Source of the DNA: a bacterium
GTDB taxonomy: Bacteria; Bacteroidota; Ignavibacteria; UBA10030
Assembly: GCA_043803945.1 (NCBI GenBank)
Contig: JAZDJN010000104.1
Span: forward strand, 32,001-96,000
Direction: 5' to 3'
Length of the DNA: 64,000 nucleotides
Shown: piece after piece, positions 1 to 10,189 of the stretch
How positions within the stretch are numbered: the stretch's first letter is position 1
How the letters are laid out: the number at the start of each line of letters is the position of its first letter
Notes under the pieces: generated by a model
The model's input: only the letters and a program-made list of their open reading frames with translations
Databases searched by the model: none
Told to the model about the DNA's origin: nothing
Made by a program: the position numbers and the translations under genes

Positions 1-1916
1 TCTCCCTGAAGTTGAACCAAACCTGTGATCGCGGGCTTTCCAAGAAATAACGGTGGTTGAGATTGACTGGTAAACGCATCTGATGAGACGTTTCCTATCG
101 GAGGCCCGACAAAACTCAACGAGCCGCCAAAGATCCGGGGACACTGGGCAATAATAATCGACTTTGAATTGCCCGTCAAAATTCTCTTTAAATATACAAA
201 AGGATATCCGCAAATCAATAGGAGCAATGAGAGAGAACCATCGAGAATTCGCTTAAAAAGCTGGCTTCCGGCTTTCTCAAGGTTATATGAAATCTGAACG
301 AGGGGCAGTTCATTCAATGAATCGACACTCCCTTTACCAATGATAACTTCCATCGTTGTTGGTACCAGATGAAAGCTGACTGACTGTTCGGGTGTCCGGC
401 TGATGATGGAGAGGATTTCCGTAAAGGAAAGCGTTTGCGTGGAGAAAATGACTTCATTCACCCGTCGTTCACGGATGACTTTGCCGATGTTATCGATGCT
501 CCCCAGAATTGGGACTCCGGAAATTTCTTCACCTATCCGTTTGCGTGTGACGTCGATAAAGCCGATGATATCGTACCCATCACTAATGCGGCTTCGAAGC
601 CGCCGGTGAATCTCCAGCGCCGAGTCATCCGTACCCACAATGAGCGTTCGACGTCCAAAGAGACTTTTCCTGCCTTCTGATGTTGATCTCCCTAATACCC
701 TTGATAATAATCGCCAGGAGGGAAGAAGGAGAATGCTCAACATGCCCGCAATGATGGTCACACCTCGGCTGAAACCATAATCTTTAAAGAAAAATACAAG
801 CGCAGAAATAATGACGAAGCTCAGCAGGGTTGCAACCATCGTTCTCAAAACGGACATCCGCCGATGGGTATAGACACCGGCAGCATAGAGACTCGCAATA
901 ACAATCACCGCAGGTATGGTATAAATGATCGGATACCCGTAACTCGGCAGCCTCCAAAACTCACCGAACCAGATGAGTTCTGCTACCAAGAGGCTGATAT
1001 CGACAACAAGAATATCGATAAGAGCAAGAGAGAGCGGGCGAAGTGCTGTCTTGAGCAAAGCAATCCATGCCGACAGACTGATAGCAAGACGCAGCATCGA
1101 AACGAAGAAGCGTGATTGATTGAAATGCTTTCGGACGAACAGATGCATCGCCTTATAAAATGTCCGGACTTCATCAATGCTGCTTCGCTTAGTACTCTCC
1201 CCTTTATAATGAATGATCTTCGTTGTGTGGACGTAAAAATTCTTCCATCCCGCTTGTTGGATACGGTAACACCAGTCGAGATCTTCACCATACATGAAAA
1301 ACTCTTCATCCAGCCCGCCCACCTGGTCATAGACCTCCCGCCGGATCATCATGAACGAGCCGCTGACAGCATCGAGTTCGTATGTTTCTTCCGGGCTGAG
1401 GTACGTCAGATTGTACCTGCCGAATATCCTGGAGTTCGGAAAGAGTGAGCTTAATCCGGACATCTTCGTGAAGGCAATCCAGGGCGTCGGAAAACTTCTC
1501 CTGCATGGCAGTTGAAAACTTCCATCAGGATTGATGATTTTGCAGCCGGCAAGCCCAACTTCGGCGTTCTCCTCAAAGAAGTTCAGCATCGTATGAAGTG
1601 TATCTTCCTGGACCAGTGTATCCGGATTGATCAGGAGCAGATAACGCCCTTTGGCTTTTTGCAAGGCGATATTATTCGCCTTGGCAAAACCGACATTTCT
1701 CTCGTTGGCAATCAGAACGACCGAGGGAAATCGTTCACGGACCATCTCCACACTACCATCATCGGAGGCATTGTCGACAACAATGATCTCGCCACGAATC
1801 CCTTTCAGAGCTTTCTGCAGGGAAAGGAGCGATTGATGAAGAAAGTCGCGCACATTGTAATTAACAATGATAATCGAAACCTGCAGTGCGGATCTCTGTG
1901 TTGGCTTACTTGCCAT
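1..1916 (-). CDS. GT2 glycosyltransferase with C-terminal membrane/sugar-transferase-like region (3' end runs off window)
   Basis: Not in ORF track. Manual translation from ATG at 1916 gives MASKPTQRSALQVSIIIVNYNVRDFL..., a GT2 N-terminus, with LINPD downstream; overlaps the end of the upstream GT2 gene. Confidence 0.8.
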   Translation of the reverse strand, partial: MASKPTQRSALQVSIIIVNYNVRDFLHQSLLSLQKALKGIRGEIIVVDNASDDGSVEMVRERFPSVVLIANERNVGFAKANNIALQKAKGRYLLLINPDTLVQEDTLHTMLNFFEENAEVGLAGCKIINPDGSFQLPCRRSFPTPWIAFTKMSGLSSLFPNSRIFGRYNLTYLSPEETYELDAVSGSFMMIRREVYDQVGGLDEEFFMYGEDLDWCYRIQQAGWKNFYVHTTKIIHYKGESTKRSSIDEVRTFYKAMHLFVRKHFNQSRFFVSMLRLAISLSAWIALLKTALRPLSLALIDILVVDISLLVAELIWFGEFWRLPSYGYPIIYTIPAVIVIASLYAAGVYTHRRMSVLRTMVATLLSFVIISALVFFFKDYGFSRGVTIIAGMLSILLLPSWRLLSRVLGRSTSEGRKSLFGRRTLIVGTDDSALEIHRRLRSRISDGYDIIGFIDVTRKRIGEEISGVPILGSIDNIGKVIRERRVNEVIFSTQTLSFTEILSIISRTPEQSVSFHLVPTTMEVIIGKGSVDSLNELPLVQISYNLEKAGSQLFKRILDGSLSLLLLICGYPFVYLKRILTGNSKSIIIAQCPRIFGGSLSFVGPPIGNVSSDAFTSQSQPPLFLGKPAITGLVQLQG

Positions 1917-2643
1917 GAGGCCGCTGTTCCCGTTTTGAAAAAAGGCTTTGAATCTTCAGCTTCCAGACGAGCCAGGCAGCTTCATAAATGATGTTCTTCG
2001 ACATTTTTGAAACACCAACCCGGCGATCAAAAAAGACGATCGGGTGCTCGGTAAGACGAAATCCCTTATGCCACGCCAGAAAGTTCATTTCGATCTGGAA
2101 CGCATAACCATTGGAGTGAATCGCATCGAGGTTGATATGCTCGAGTACTATTCTCCTGAAACATTTAAATCCTCCCGTTGCGTCATAAACAGGCATTCCG
2201 GTAATGATTCTTGTATAGACATTTGCGGAATAGCTCAGGATCAGCCGCTTCAAAGGCCAGTTCACAACATTCACCCCTGACTTATACCGGGAACCGATAA
2301 CAAGATCATAATCCTGAGTTTTGGCCAGAAGGTTTGGGAGTTCCTTTGGATCGTGGGAGAAATCAGCATCCATTTCAAAGACAAAATCAAAATTATGAGA
2401 GAGGGCGAATTTAAAACCGGCAACGTAGGCTGTGCCCAATCCCATTTTTCTCGGCCGCTCTAGTAAATGAATACGCGGTTCCTTCTGCTGCATCGTCTTT
2501 ACTAATTGCCCCGTTCCATCGGGCGAATTGTCGTCTACAATTAATACTTCAAATTCCGGATTCAACCCAAGGATTTCGGGGATAAGCGTTGGCAGATTAT
2601 CTGCTTCATCGTATGTCGGTATTACTATTAATGAGCGCGCCAT
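1906..2643 (-). CDS. Polyprenol monophosphomannose synthase-like GT2 (DPM1 family)
   Basis: IPTYDE, VDDNSPDGT, GLGTAY, EMDADFSHDP, DATGGFK, GYAFQIE motifs. Confidence 0.9.
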   Translation of the reverse strand: MARSLIVIPTYDEADNLPTLIPEILGLNPEFEVLIVDDNSPDGTGQLVKTMQQKEPRIHLLERPRKMGLGTAYVAGFKFALSHNFDFVFEMDADFSHDPKELPNLLAKTQDYDLVIGSRYKSGVNVVNWPLKRLILSYSANVYTRIITGMPVYDATGGFKCFRRIVLEHINLDAIHSNGYAFQIEMNFLAWHKGFRLTEHPIVFFDRRVGVSKMSKNIIYEAAWLVWKLKIQSLFSKREQRPHGK

Positions 2644-2723
2644 AATAAAGTCAACCTTCATTCAGTAGTACTTGTTTATGTCCTGTTTCCATCTTTCATA
2701 CAAATCTGAGTAGTCAATTTCAC

Positions 2724-4139
2724 TTACGTGTGCCCTTTGCCTGTAATCATGACGTAGACAGTATTGAAGAGAATCTTCAAATCCATTCTCCATGACATAT
2801 TCTCGATATAAAAGAGATCGTATTTCAATTTTGTTCGGACATCGTCAATCGATTCATCGTACTTGTATTTCACCTGAGCCCAGCCGGTAATGCCCGGCCG
2901 TACCTTAAGACGACGCTTATAGAGAGGAAGTTCCTCTGAAAGTTTCTCGACAAAATAGGATCGTTCAGGCCTCGGTCCGACAAGACTCATATCGCCCATC
3001 AAGACATTGATGAATTGCGGTATTTCATCAATATGCAGTTTTCGAAGGATTTTTCCTACCCGGGTAACCCGCGGGTCTTTCTTTTGTGCCCAAACCGGAC
3101 CAGAGTGTTTTTCCGCATCAGACCGCATAGAACGAAACTTAAAGATTTTAAACAACTTCCCGTTTCGGCCGACACGTTCCTGTCTGTAGAGGACTGTACC
3201 CTTTGATTCAAGTTTGATGATGATGGCCACAAGGAGCCATACCGGCAAACCGATGATGAGGATGAAAATGGAGATGAGAACGTCAAGAACACGTTTCAAG
3301 GATTCTTCCCACGGCTTCAACAACTGTGGCATCACCTCAATAAGAGGGAAGCCGTAGATCGAACTCAATCGAGCCTGTCCGCTGACGATATCATACATAT
3401 CCGGCATGATTTTTAATCCGACTTCGAATCCGCTGCATCGGCTGATAATATCGAGTAGTCTTCCATGTTCAGTGGAATCCAATCCGATCAGCACTTCTCT
3501 GATGGTATACTGTTCCAGAAGTCTTGGCAAATCGCCGACTTCCCCGACCACCGGGATCCCTTTGTACTCCAACTGTTTGGTTTTCTTCTGGGTTTGATGC
3601 TGCTTCACGTGAGCAAAACCAACCAGCTTATAGCCGAGCGCGGGAAATTTCAGAACCATATCGCACAGCTCGAACGCCTTATGCGACCATCCGACGATAA
3701 GTGTGTTCCTCGCCCCAATACCGGATTCGAGAAGGCGACGCTGTATCGCACGTATTGTTAGACGGCCAACGGTGACAAATATGAACAGAAGAAGCCAATA
3801 GGCCAGAATGACGTACCTGGACCTCACCTCCTGATTGGCAGCATCATCATCAAGGAAGATCAGAAAAAAGAGAGTCAGGACTCCAAATCCCGTTGTACGA
3901 AATATCGTGATGATTTCATCAAGACGCGACTGGGCGTACCACGATCTATTTAATCCAAAGAACGCAAAGAGAGCCAGCCAGTAAAGATAAACGGCAGCCA
4001 TCGGAAGAAGTAATTCCGGTTCAATCGGATAATCGAACCACCCGCTTCGAATACGCAGACTATAGAAGATCATATAGGCCGCGTTCAGCGTCAGGAAATC
4101 CAGAACAAGAAGCAGCTGCCGTTCAGTCCGTCGAGTCAT
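2724..4139 (-). CDS. Undecaprenyl-phosphate sugar phosphotransferase (WcaJ-like priming transferase)
   Basis: N-terminal TMs; KFRSM, DPRVTRVG, DEIPQ, MSLVGPRPE, RPGITGWAQV. Confidence 0.92.
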   Translation of the reverse strand: MTRRTERQLLLVLDFLTLNAAYMIFYSLRIRSGWFDYPIEPELLLPMAAVYLYWLALFAFFGLNRSWYAQSRLDEIITIFRTTGFGVLTLFFLIFLDDDAANQEVRSRYVILAYWLLLFIFVTVGRLTIRAIQRRLLESGIGARNTLIVGWSHKAFELCDMVLKFPALGYKLVGFAHVKQHQTQKKTKQLEYKGIPVVGEVGDLPRLLEQYTIREVLIGLDSTEHGRLLDIISRCSGFEVGLKIMPDMYDIVSGQARLSSIYGFPLIEVMPQLLKPWEESLKRVLDVLISIFILIIGLPVWLLVAIIIKLESKGTVLYRQERVGRNGKLFKIFKFRSMRSDAEKHSGPVWAQKKDPRVTRVGKILRKLHIDEIPQFINVLMGDMSLVGPRPERSYFVEKLSEELPLYKRRLKVRPGITGWAQVKYKYDESIDDVRTKLKYDLFYIENMSWRMDLKILFNTVYVMITGKGHT

Positions 4140-4927
4140 CGTTTATAGGAAAGTGTTCCGTGATATTTGGTAAAGAGATAGAAAATACCCTTCAGATGCC
4201 GCCACATCAGTGCCGAGAAAAAATTTTTCTTTGTGATCCTCTGTTCGTGATGAATGATCGCAGTGTCGGCAAGATAGACGACGTCCCATCCGGCCCGATG
4301 CATGCGCAGGCAATAATCGATGTCTTCCGGGCCATAGAATATTTTTTCATCCAGCAAACCGATGTGGTCCATGGCTGTCCGCCGAATCATCTGACATGCT
4401 CCGATCACATAATCGACAGATCGCGTGTCGCTCCGATCCCAATCGGCCATCTCATGGTAACGCAAGGAGGCACTCTGCCGCGCCCATTCCAGAAATTCCA
4501 AACGCCTCATAAGAAAGGAGAGCGGAGTGGGAAATCGACGGGCACTGGGTTGCACAGAGCCATCAGGAAATGTGAGTTTGCAGCCGCATAGTCCCACCGA
4601 TGGATGCCGGTCAAGATATTCAACTAATTGCAGAAGAGAATTTTCTTTCAACTGCATATCCGCATCAAGTGTCACAACATAAGTCCCAAGTGCAATTCTG
4701 AACGCTTGATTTCGAGCCGGGGCGACACCTCGATTTTCTTGATTGCGTATTAAACGAGCATCAGAGAACTCTTGCTCCACCATCTCCGATGTTCCGTCCT
4801 GCGAATTATTATCCACAATGATGATTTCGTAGGCCATGCCTGTGGTGCACTGTCTGATCGAGACGAGCAGATCACGCAGCATCTGTTTCATTTTCCAGGA
4901 AATAATGATAATTGAGAGCCGAAGCAT
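4136..4927 (-). CDS. GT2 glycosyltransferase
   Basis: IIVDNNSQDGT, LDAD, GACQMIRR, EDIDYC. Confidence 0.9.
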   Translation of the reverse strand: MLRLSIIIISWKMKQMLRDLLVSIRQCTTGMAYEIIIVDNNSQDGTSEMVEQEFSDARLIRNQENRGVAPARNQAFRIALGTYVVTLDADMQLKENSLLQLVEYLDRHPSVGLCGCKLTFPDGSVQPSARRFPTPLSFLMRRLEFLEWARQSASLRYHEMADWDRSDTRSVDYVIGACQMIRRTAMDHIGLLDEKIFYGPEDIDYCLRMHRAGWDVVYLADTAIIHHEQRITKKNFFSALMWRHLKGIFYLFTKYHGTLSYKR

Positions 4928-4929
4928 AA

Positions 4930-6366
4930 TTACACTTCCTTTTGTGTCAGAACCGTTTCACCATGATGGAGGCGTTCGGCAACAACCAGGGTAATCCCCA
5001 GTCCGATCCAAAAATGCGGTTCAAACATTTGATCAAGCGTTAGACTCATAAACAGAAACGAGCCTAGCGATATACTTAATGAGAATATAAGTGTTTTTTC
5101 TTCAGACCTGCGAGCCTTCTGAACAGCAACCACCATATACCAGATCAGGAAACCTACAAAGAGGAGCGCTGGAACCATTCCGAGGATACCCGTTTCGGCG
5201 AGAATACGCAATGCAGTGTTGTGGGCTGATCGTCCAAATCCAGTAGAAAGATTGCTCCCTTGATAGCTGTTAAATGTTTTTTCAAACGCACCAAATCCTA
5301 CCCCGAGAACCGGATGAGATTCTATCATGCGTTGAGTCACATCGAAGATGGTCATCCGCTGATCAAGTGAAGCATCCTTTCCAGAAACGACTGATTCCAC
5401 CCGGCGGGAGAGGGTAAAGAGATCGATCATCTTCCCTCCTGCATCAGTAAAAAGTAAGAGGCTAATGAGGCTAAGGAATGTGATCAGTATCATCGGTCCA
5501 ATAAATTTTCGCGATCCCTGCTGATACTGAAAAACAAATGCAACGAATCCAATCACCAGCAGCAAGAGCACGAGCAATGCGGAGCGAGAAACGGTGGCTA
5601 TAATAGTCACCACCAGAACCAGCGCCCCTCCGATCAAGAAGAGCCGCTCGGCTCTTCGGACGACCAGAAACAACAGTCCTCCTCCGAGAGCCAGGGCCAT
5701 CAACAGGTATGACGCATAATAATTTACATCCTGGAAGAGGCTAAAATATGCGCGCCCGACCAATACCTGGAAAATGGAGCGGCTGGCGTATGTCTCGAAA
5801 ATTCCGTAAAGACTCACCAGCATAGCAACGATGACAAACGTCTTTATCAGTGCAAGAAGAAATGATGAAGAATAGTATGTACGCAGATAATAATATACTC
5901 CCGCACTGATGAGGATGCTGCCAAATAGCTGAACAAGTGCTTTGAGGCTTTCCAGCAGAGCGCTGGAGTTTATAATACTCGGGATGAACGCTGCCAGCAT
6001 AAGTAACGACAAAGGAAGCACGGGGATTTTTCCGATTTCCATACCCTGAAGAATGACTATCCTCCAGAGAAAGAAGAAAATAAATACTGCAGCATAGATA
6101 TCGAATAATCCAAATCCTCCAAACGATGCAGTACCAAATCCTGCATGTGCAAGCGGCATAAGTCCGATGAGGACAAACAGTCGGATGTGAGGCTTGCCGC
6201 TTACACCCAGCGCCAGGAGCGCTGCAAAGCCTGCCAGAACATACATAATGTTCCCTGTAATCCAGAGGAGCGCCAAGAAGAGAAGCGCAACGCCAAGCGT
6301 CAGAGTCCAGTACAACCAATCATATCGTACTGCAAACGGCTGATTATGGACGAGAGGTTCTTTCAT
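4930..6366 (-). CDS. O-antigen ligase/Wzy-like polymerase
   Basis: Many TMs; SRSA, HPVLGVGFG and AHN motifs of Wzy_C. Confidence 0.85.
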   Translation of the reverse strand: MKEPLVHNQPFAVRYDWLYWTLTLGVALLFLALLWITGNIMYVLAGFAALLALGVSGKPHIRLFVLIGLMPLAHAGFGTASFGGFGLFDIYAAVFIFFFLWRIVILQGMEIGKIPVLPLSLLMLAAFIPSIINSSALLESLKALVQLFGSILISAGVYYYLRTYYSSSFLLALIKTFVIVAMLVSLYGIFETYASRSIFQVLVGRAYFSLFQDVNYYASYLLMALALGGGLLFLVVRRAERLFLIGGALVLVVTIIATVSRSALLVLLLLVIGFVAFVFQYQQGSRKFIGPMILITFLSLISLLLFTDAGGKMIDLFTLSRRVESVVSGKDASLDQRMTIFDVTQRMIESHPVLGVGFGAFEKTFNSYQGSNLSTGFGRSAHNTALRILAETGILGMVPALLFVGFLIWYMVVAVQKARRSEEKTLIFSLSISLGSFLFMSLTLDQMFEPHFWIGLGITLVVAERLHHGETVLTQKEV

Positions 6367-6378
6367 GGCATTTTCTTC

Positions 6379-7899
6379 TCAAGCGGATCGCAGAGCTGTA
6401 AGTTTTGAGAATACTCCCGTCCAACGATTCACGATGATGAGCATGGGTGAATAAATCAGGATGAAGACCACTATTTTTAAAAGAGCCAAACCAATGCTGC
6501 TGACAATTGAAATCTGTTCACCCGTTTGAATTCCATGAGTCAATGCGAACAAAAGCAGAATGCTCCAGAAGACCGGTATGCAGTTCTTGCCTATCTCACG
6601 TATCAATTCCACTATGGGAACCTGGAAGACCTTGAAAACCGTGAAAAGTATCAGAAATAATGAAACAACATATGAGAAACAGGCGGCACCGGCTATGCCC
6701 GGCAATCCCGGGAGAAGAAACACCACCAAAGCATAGGCCACCGATGAGAGCACGATGCCGGCGATTTGAGCCTGCAAGTACTGCCGATGTTTTCCGAATG
6801 CCATAAGTGTGTTCAGCGGAAGCGGAATGACTACCAGGAGCAGAGCACCATAGGCGAGAATCTGTAGCACGAAAATCGATGGCAGATAGTACGGGAGCAG
6901 CCATCGAATGAGAACCTCCGACGAAAAAAATAAGCCGACGACCACGATCGGCATCAGGTAGCTTGTTGAGAGTAAGGCTTTCCTGAATGTTGGGAGCATC
7001 GATGAAACGTCTTCTGAATTCCCATATTCCTGGCTGAATCGCGGATAGAGCATCATTGTCAGCGCTATTGTTCCGCTGAGCGGCAATTGTGCAATCAGCG
7101 ACGCAAGGCCATACTGGCCTAAATCACTCTTTCCCAAAACCATGCTAGCCACTACCCGATCGAGGCTGATCAGCAGGATATAAAGTAATCCGCTGATAAA
7201 GAGAGGAGTTCCTATTGATAAAAGCGATCGCACTTGAGACAAGTTTATCTCCGGGCGGTATTGCTTCCTGAATCTCCGTAAAAAATAGACCGTTGTCGCA
7301 AGCGAAGCGACCATGAGAGCGGTAACCAACCCGGACAGTTGGAACAGGAATACCAGGAGACACACTGTAATGGTACGGAGAATTTCAAACGCAGATTCTA
7401 CCTTGCTGGAGAGAACAAAATTTCTTGTGACACGGAGAATCATCAGATAAAAACGGTTTACCTGGTCTGAGACCGTTATGAGCGCTGCAGTCAGCAATGC
7501 AAATTTCATAACTGCATTCTCACTCCCAATGAACAACACATAGAGGCCCATCAGAACGAGGCCAACAAATGAGAGGATCAGTACTCCCGCATAGATGGCA
7601 TTGGCAACCTGTTGGGCCACTGCTGTTTCCTTCCTCCCGGTGAGAAAAGGAATTTGCCGATCACCAGCATGACGAAGCCCAAGATGAATCTGATCCCCGT
7701 AGGTCATAATCAAGCTCACCACAATCCAGTATCCATATTCTTCCGGTCCGAGCACCCTGGCGACAACAAAATTTCGAATGAAGCTCAATCCAAGCAGCAC
7801 ATACCGACTCGATGAAAAGATTAGGCTCTCCCGCAGAAACCGTGGGGCACTTACGGCCAGGTTCTTTCCTGGCGTATTCTGTTCAATCCCTTGCGTCAT
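6379..7899 (-). CDS. Polysaccharide flippase (Wzx/MOP family)
   Basis: ARVLGPEEYG motif and many TMs; start placed at MTQGIEQ (ORF track extends to 8004, overlapping the upstream gene). Confidence 0.85.
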   Translation of the reverse strand: MTQGIEQNTPGKNLAVSAPRFLRESLIFSSSRYVLLGLSFIRNFVVARVLGPEEYGYWIVVSLIMTYGDQIHLGLRHAGDRQIPFLTGRKETAVAQQVANAIYAGVLILSFVGLVLMGLYVLFIGSENAVMKFALLTAALITVSDQVNRFYLMILRVTRNFVLSSKVESAFEILRTITVCLLVFLFQLSGLVTALMVASLATTVYFLRRFRKQYRPEINLSQVRSLLSIGTPLFISGLLYILLISLDRVVASMVLGKSDLGQYGLASLIAQLPLSGTIALTMMLYPRFSQEYGNSEDVSSMLPTFRKALLSTSYLMPIVVVGLFFSSEVLIRWLLPYYLPSIFVLQILAYGALLLVVIPLPLNTLMAFGKHRQYLQAQIAGIVLSSVAYALVVFLLPGLPGIAGAACFSYVVSLFLILFTVFKVFQVPIVELIREIGKNCIPVFWSILLLFALTHGIQTGEQISIVSSIGLALLKIVVFILIYSPMLIIVNRWTGVFSKLTALRSA

Positions 7900-7969
7900 C
7901 GTGAGGTACCCAGGTGCCATACCGTTGGGAGAGAACCATGCTCTTCGTCTATGCCGATGTAGCTCTTCA

Positions 7970-9082
7970 TCATCGTTTACATACGTCGGTAAAGAGAGAT
8001 TCATAACGTCCGGAAAGATATTCCCACGTATGATTTACTTCATAGAATTGGAATGCGTGTGCTGCCAGCTTCCGATAGGAATCTGGATCGGTAATGAAGT
8101 GGCGCAATTCCTGCAGCATTGCTTCAGGCGAAGATACCAGGCGGATGACCGAACGATGATCCTTCACATTCCCGACATCCGTGGTGATAAATGCTGTTCG
8201 CGTAGCAAACGACTCATACATCACCAGGGGTGCACATTCGACCTTCGAGCCGAAGAGAAAGAGATCGGCCTGCTGATAGGCAGCAACCACATCTGAGCGC
8301 GGAATCGATGACAAGATTCTTATCTGCGAAGTTGTTGCGCTGATCAATGAGCAAATTGGGCTGCAGCTGTACCAAGAATGTCGAGAAGGGCGTTCACCAA
8401 TAATTACCAGGGTGCAATCCCTGCCTTTCAGTTTGCGAAATGCTTCAAGGACAAACAAGTGCCCCTTATCAAAATAATGATTCGAGACACACAGGAAAAG
8501 GTAGGGTGTGGCGATGCCATAGTTCTTTTTGAAATCAATAAGAGATGCGGAAAATTCTTCTTTCGAGGCACCATTCGGAATAATCACTGCTTTGGAGCCA
8601 AGGCCATGCCTGTCCCCAAACTCTTTATCCTGATATTCGGGAGAAGTGTAAACGATCTTATCGTAATTGCTCAGTATGGATGGCAGCGATTCAAAATATT
8701 GTCGGTAACGCGGGTGATGCAGGCGTGAATAACCAAGAGGTGCGATCACCTTTTTTGCCTTTAGCTTCTCCAGGAGGGGAAACAAAATATCTGTAGTCCA
8801 AACTTGAGCAGCATAGTTGAAGATCACATCGAAGTTGGATTTCAATAAAAATTCCTGATAAAGAGCTGTGTCGCCACGATATCCTTTTACCTGGCTTCCG
8901 GCAATGTGAAAATCAGAGATGTTCACACCATTGAGAACTCGTTCCGTACGATTGGGAAGTGCTGATGTCGCGACAGTGACATCATGTCCCTTTGCAGCGA
9001 GGCGTTCTGCAATCTGCTTGACAACCTCTTGAGCTCCGCCCTTGGAAGGCTCATAGAATTCAACGGTGAGTAGAATTTTCAT
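7970..9082 (-). CDS. GT4 glycosyltransferase
   Basis: GGAQ, GHDVTV, IIPNG, ECAPLVMYES, TDVG. Confidence 0.9.
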   Translation of the reverse strand: MKILLTVEFYEPSKGGAQEVVKQIAERLAAKGHDVTVATSALPNRTERVLNGVNISDFHIAGSQVKGYRGDTALYQEFLLKSNFDVIFNYAAQVWTTDILFPLLEKLKAKKVIAPLGYSRLHHPRYRQYFESLPSILSNYDKIVYTSPEYQDKEFGDRHGLGSKAVIIPNGASKEEFSASLIDFKKNYGIATPYLFLCVSNHYFDKGHLFVLEAFRKLKGRDCTLVIIGERPSRHSWYSCSPICSLISATTSQIRILSSIPRSDVVAAYQQADLFLFGSKVECAPLVMYESFATRTAFITTDVGNVKDHRSVIRLVSSPEAMLQELRHFITDPDSYRKLAAHAFQFYEVNHTWEYLSGRYESLFTDVCKR

Positions 9083-9085
9083 CGT

Positions 9086-10186
9086 CTACATCAATCCAAT
9101 CTGTTTGAAAATATCATAAAACCGTTTTTCAAAGGTGTGATCCTTGATCGTCCTCTCATAACCTGCCACCCGTATGGCATTCCGTTCCGTCTCATGGGTT
9201 GTATAATATTCCACCTGCTCGACAAGAGCATCAAGCGAATAAAACACTCCCACCTCTTTTCCGGGTTGATAGTACTCTTCCAAGCCCTCAACATACTGTG
9301 TCAACAGAAAGCCACCGGTGCCAGGAATTTCAAAATTCCGCCCTTTAATTTGAGGGCGGTACGCACCAGTGCTGAATTTCAGGCTTCCCAGGATTTCTGA
9401 ATATGAATTTGGATGAATAGACCCATCTGCTCTTCGCTTAAGAAAAATCTTGGCGAACTGTTTGACCCCGCGGTTCACCGAGGATTCTGAAAAATTGAGA
9501 TTAATTGTACTCGAGGAAAAGATTTCAATCATCCGTTGTTGAGATACTCTCCCCTGCTCCCATCCCTTGCCATAGCAGGTGACCTGTACATTTCGACGGG
9601 TAAGTTCGTTCATCACATGGCGGCGTGTGGGATAGGCTTGTCCCACAAATGTGAGCCTTTGCTCTTCACCTTTTTGCGGAATATAGACCAGATGGTTGCA
9701 AGCCCATTGCGATCGGATTACTGAACGGAGGCCGAGTGCATGGTACCGTTCCACAGCACTCCGGTCGGTCGTCACCACCCAATGAAAGAGCGGGGCATAG
9801 AATCGAGAAAAGTTGTCAAACCTCCAGTGATCATCGCAGAACCAATTGAGCGTGATCGCCGATGAAGAGGAGAGCCGCTTGATCGTCTCCGGTAAGATTT
9901 CATCCGTAAAGAGAATGAAGAATATCAAGTCAGGCTGAAATGCCTGTGCTGTCTCAAGAAGTTGTTGATTCATCCTTGCACGGCCGACACGCCGGAGCAC
10001 CTCATCAAAAGCAAACATCGTCGCCTCAACATCGGGAAGGCGAAGCAATGACTCATAGAAGTTGAGGTATTCAAAACTGTTTCCGCGGCGTGGATCACCA
10101 TAATCGTAGTGCAAACCCACGAAGAGCACACGTACGGGTTTCCTTCTGGGAATTGACTGATTCATGTTCGGAACCAGGTGGGACAC
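9086..10186 (-). CDS. CgeB-like glycosyltransferase (Glyco_trans_1_2)
   Basis: WFCDD, FVGQ, KGRNFEIPGTGGFLLT, HTFEKR. Confidence 0.8.
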   Translation of the reverse strand: MSHLVPNMNQSIPRRKPVRVLFVGLHYDYGDPRRGNSFEYLNFYESLLRLPDVEATMFAFDEVLRRVGRARMNQQLLETAQAFQPDLIFFILFTDEILPETIKRLSSSSAITLNWFCDDHWRFDNFSRFYAPLFHWVVTTDRSAVERYHALGLRSVIRSQWACNHLVYIPQKGEEQRLTFVGQAYPTRRHVMNELTRRNVQVTCYGKGWEQGRVSQQRMIEIFSSSTINLNFSESSVNRGVKQFAKIFLKRRADGSIHPNSYSEILGSLKFSTGAYRPQIKGRNFEIPGTGGFLLTQYVEGLEEYYQPGKEVGVFYSLDALVEQVEYYTTHETERNAIRVAGYERTIKDHTFEKRFYDIFKQIGLM

Positions 10187-10189
10187 CGG

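Noticed and set aside
403-1991. Several plus-strand ORFs in the track
   Set aside because: They are antisense shadows of the minus-strand GT2 gene, which the track missed because it runs off the window
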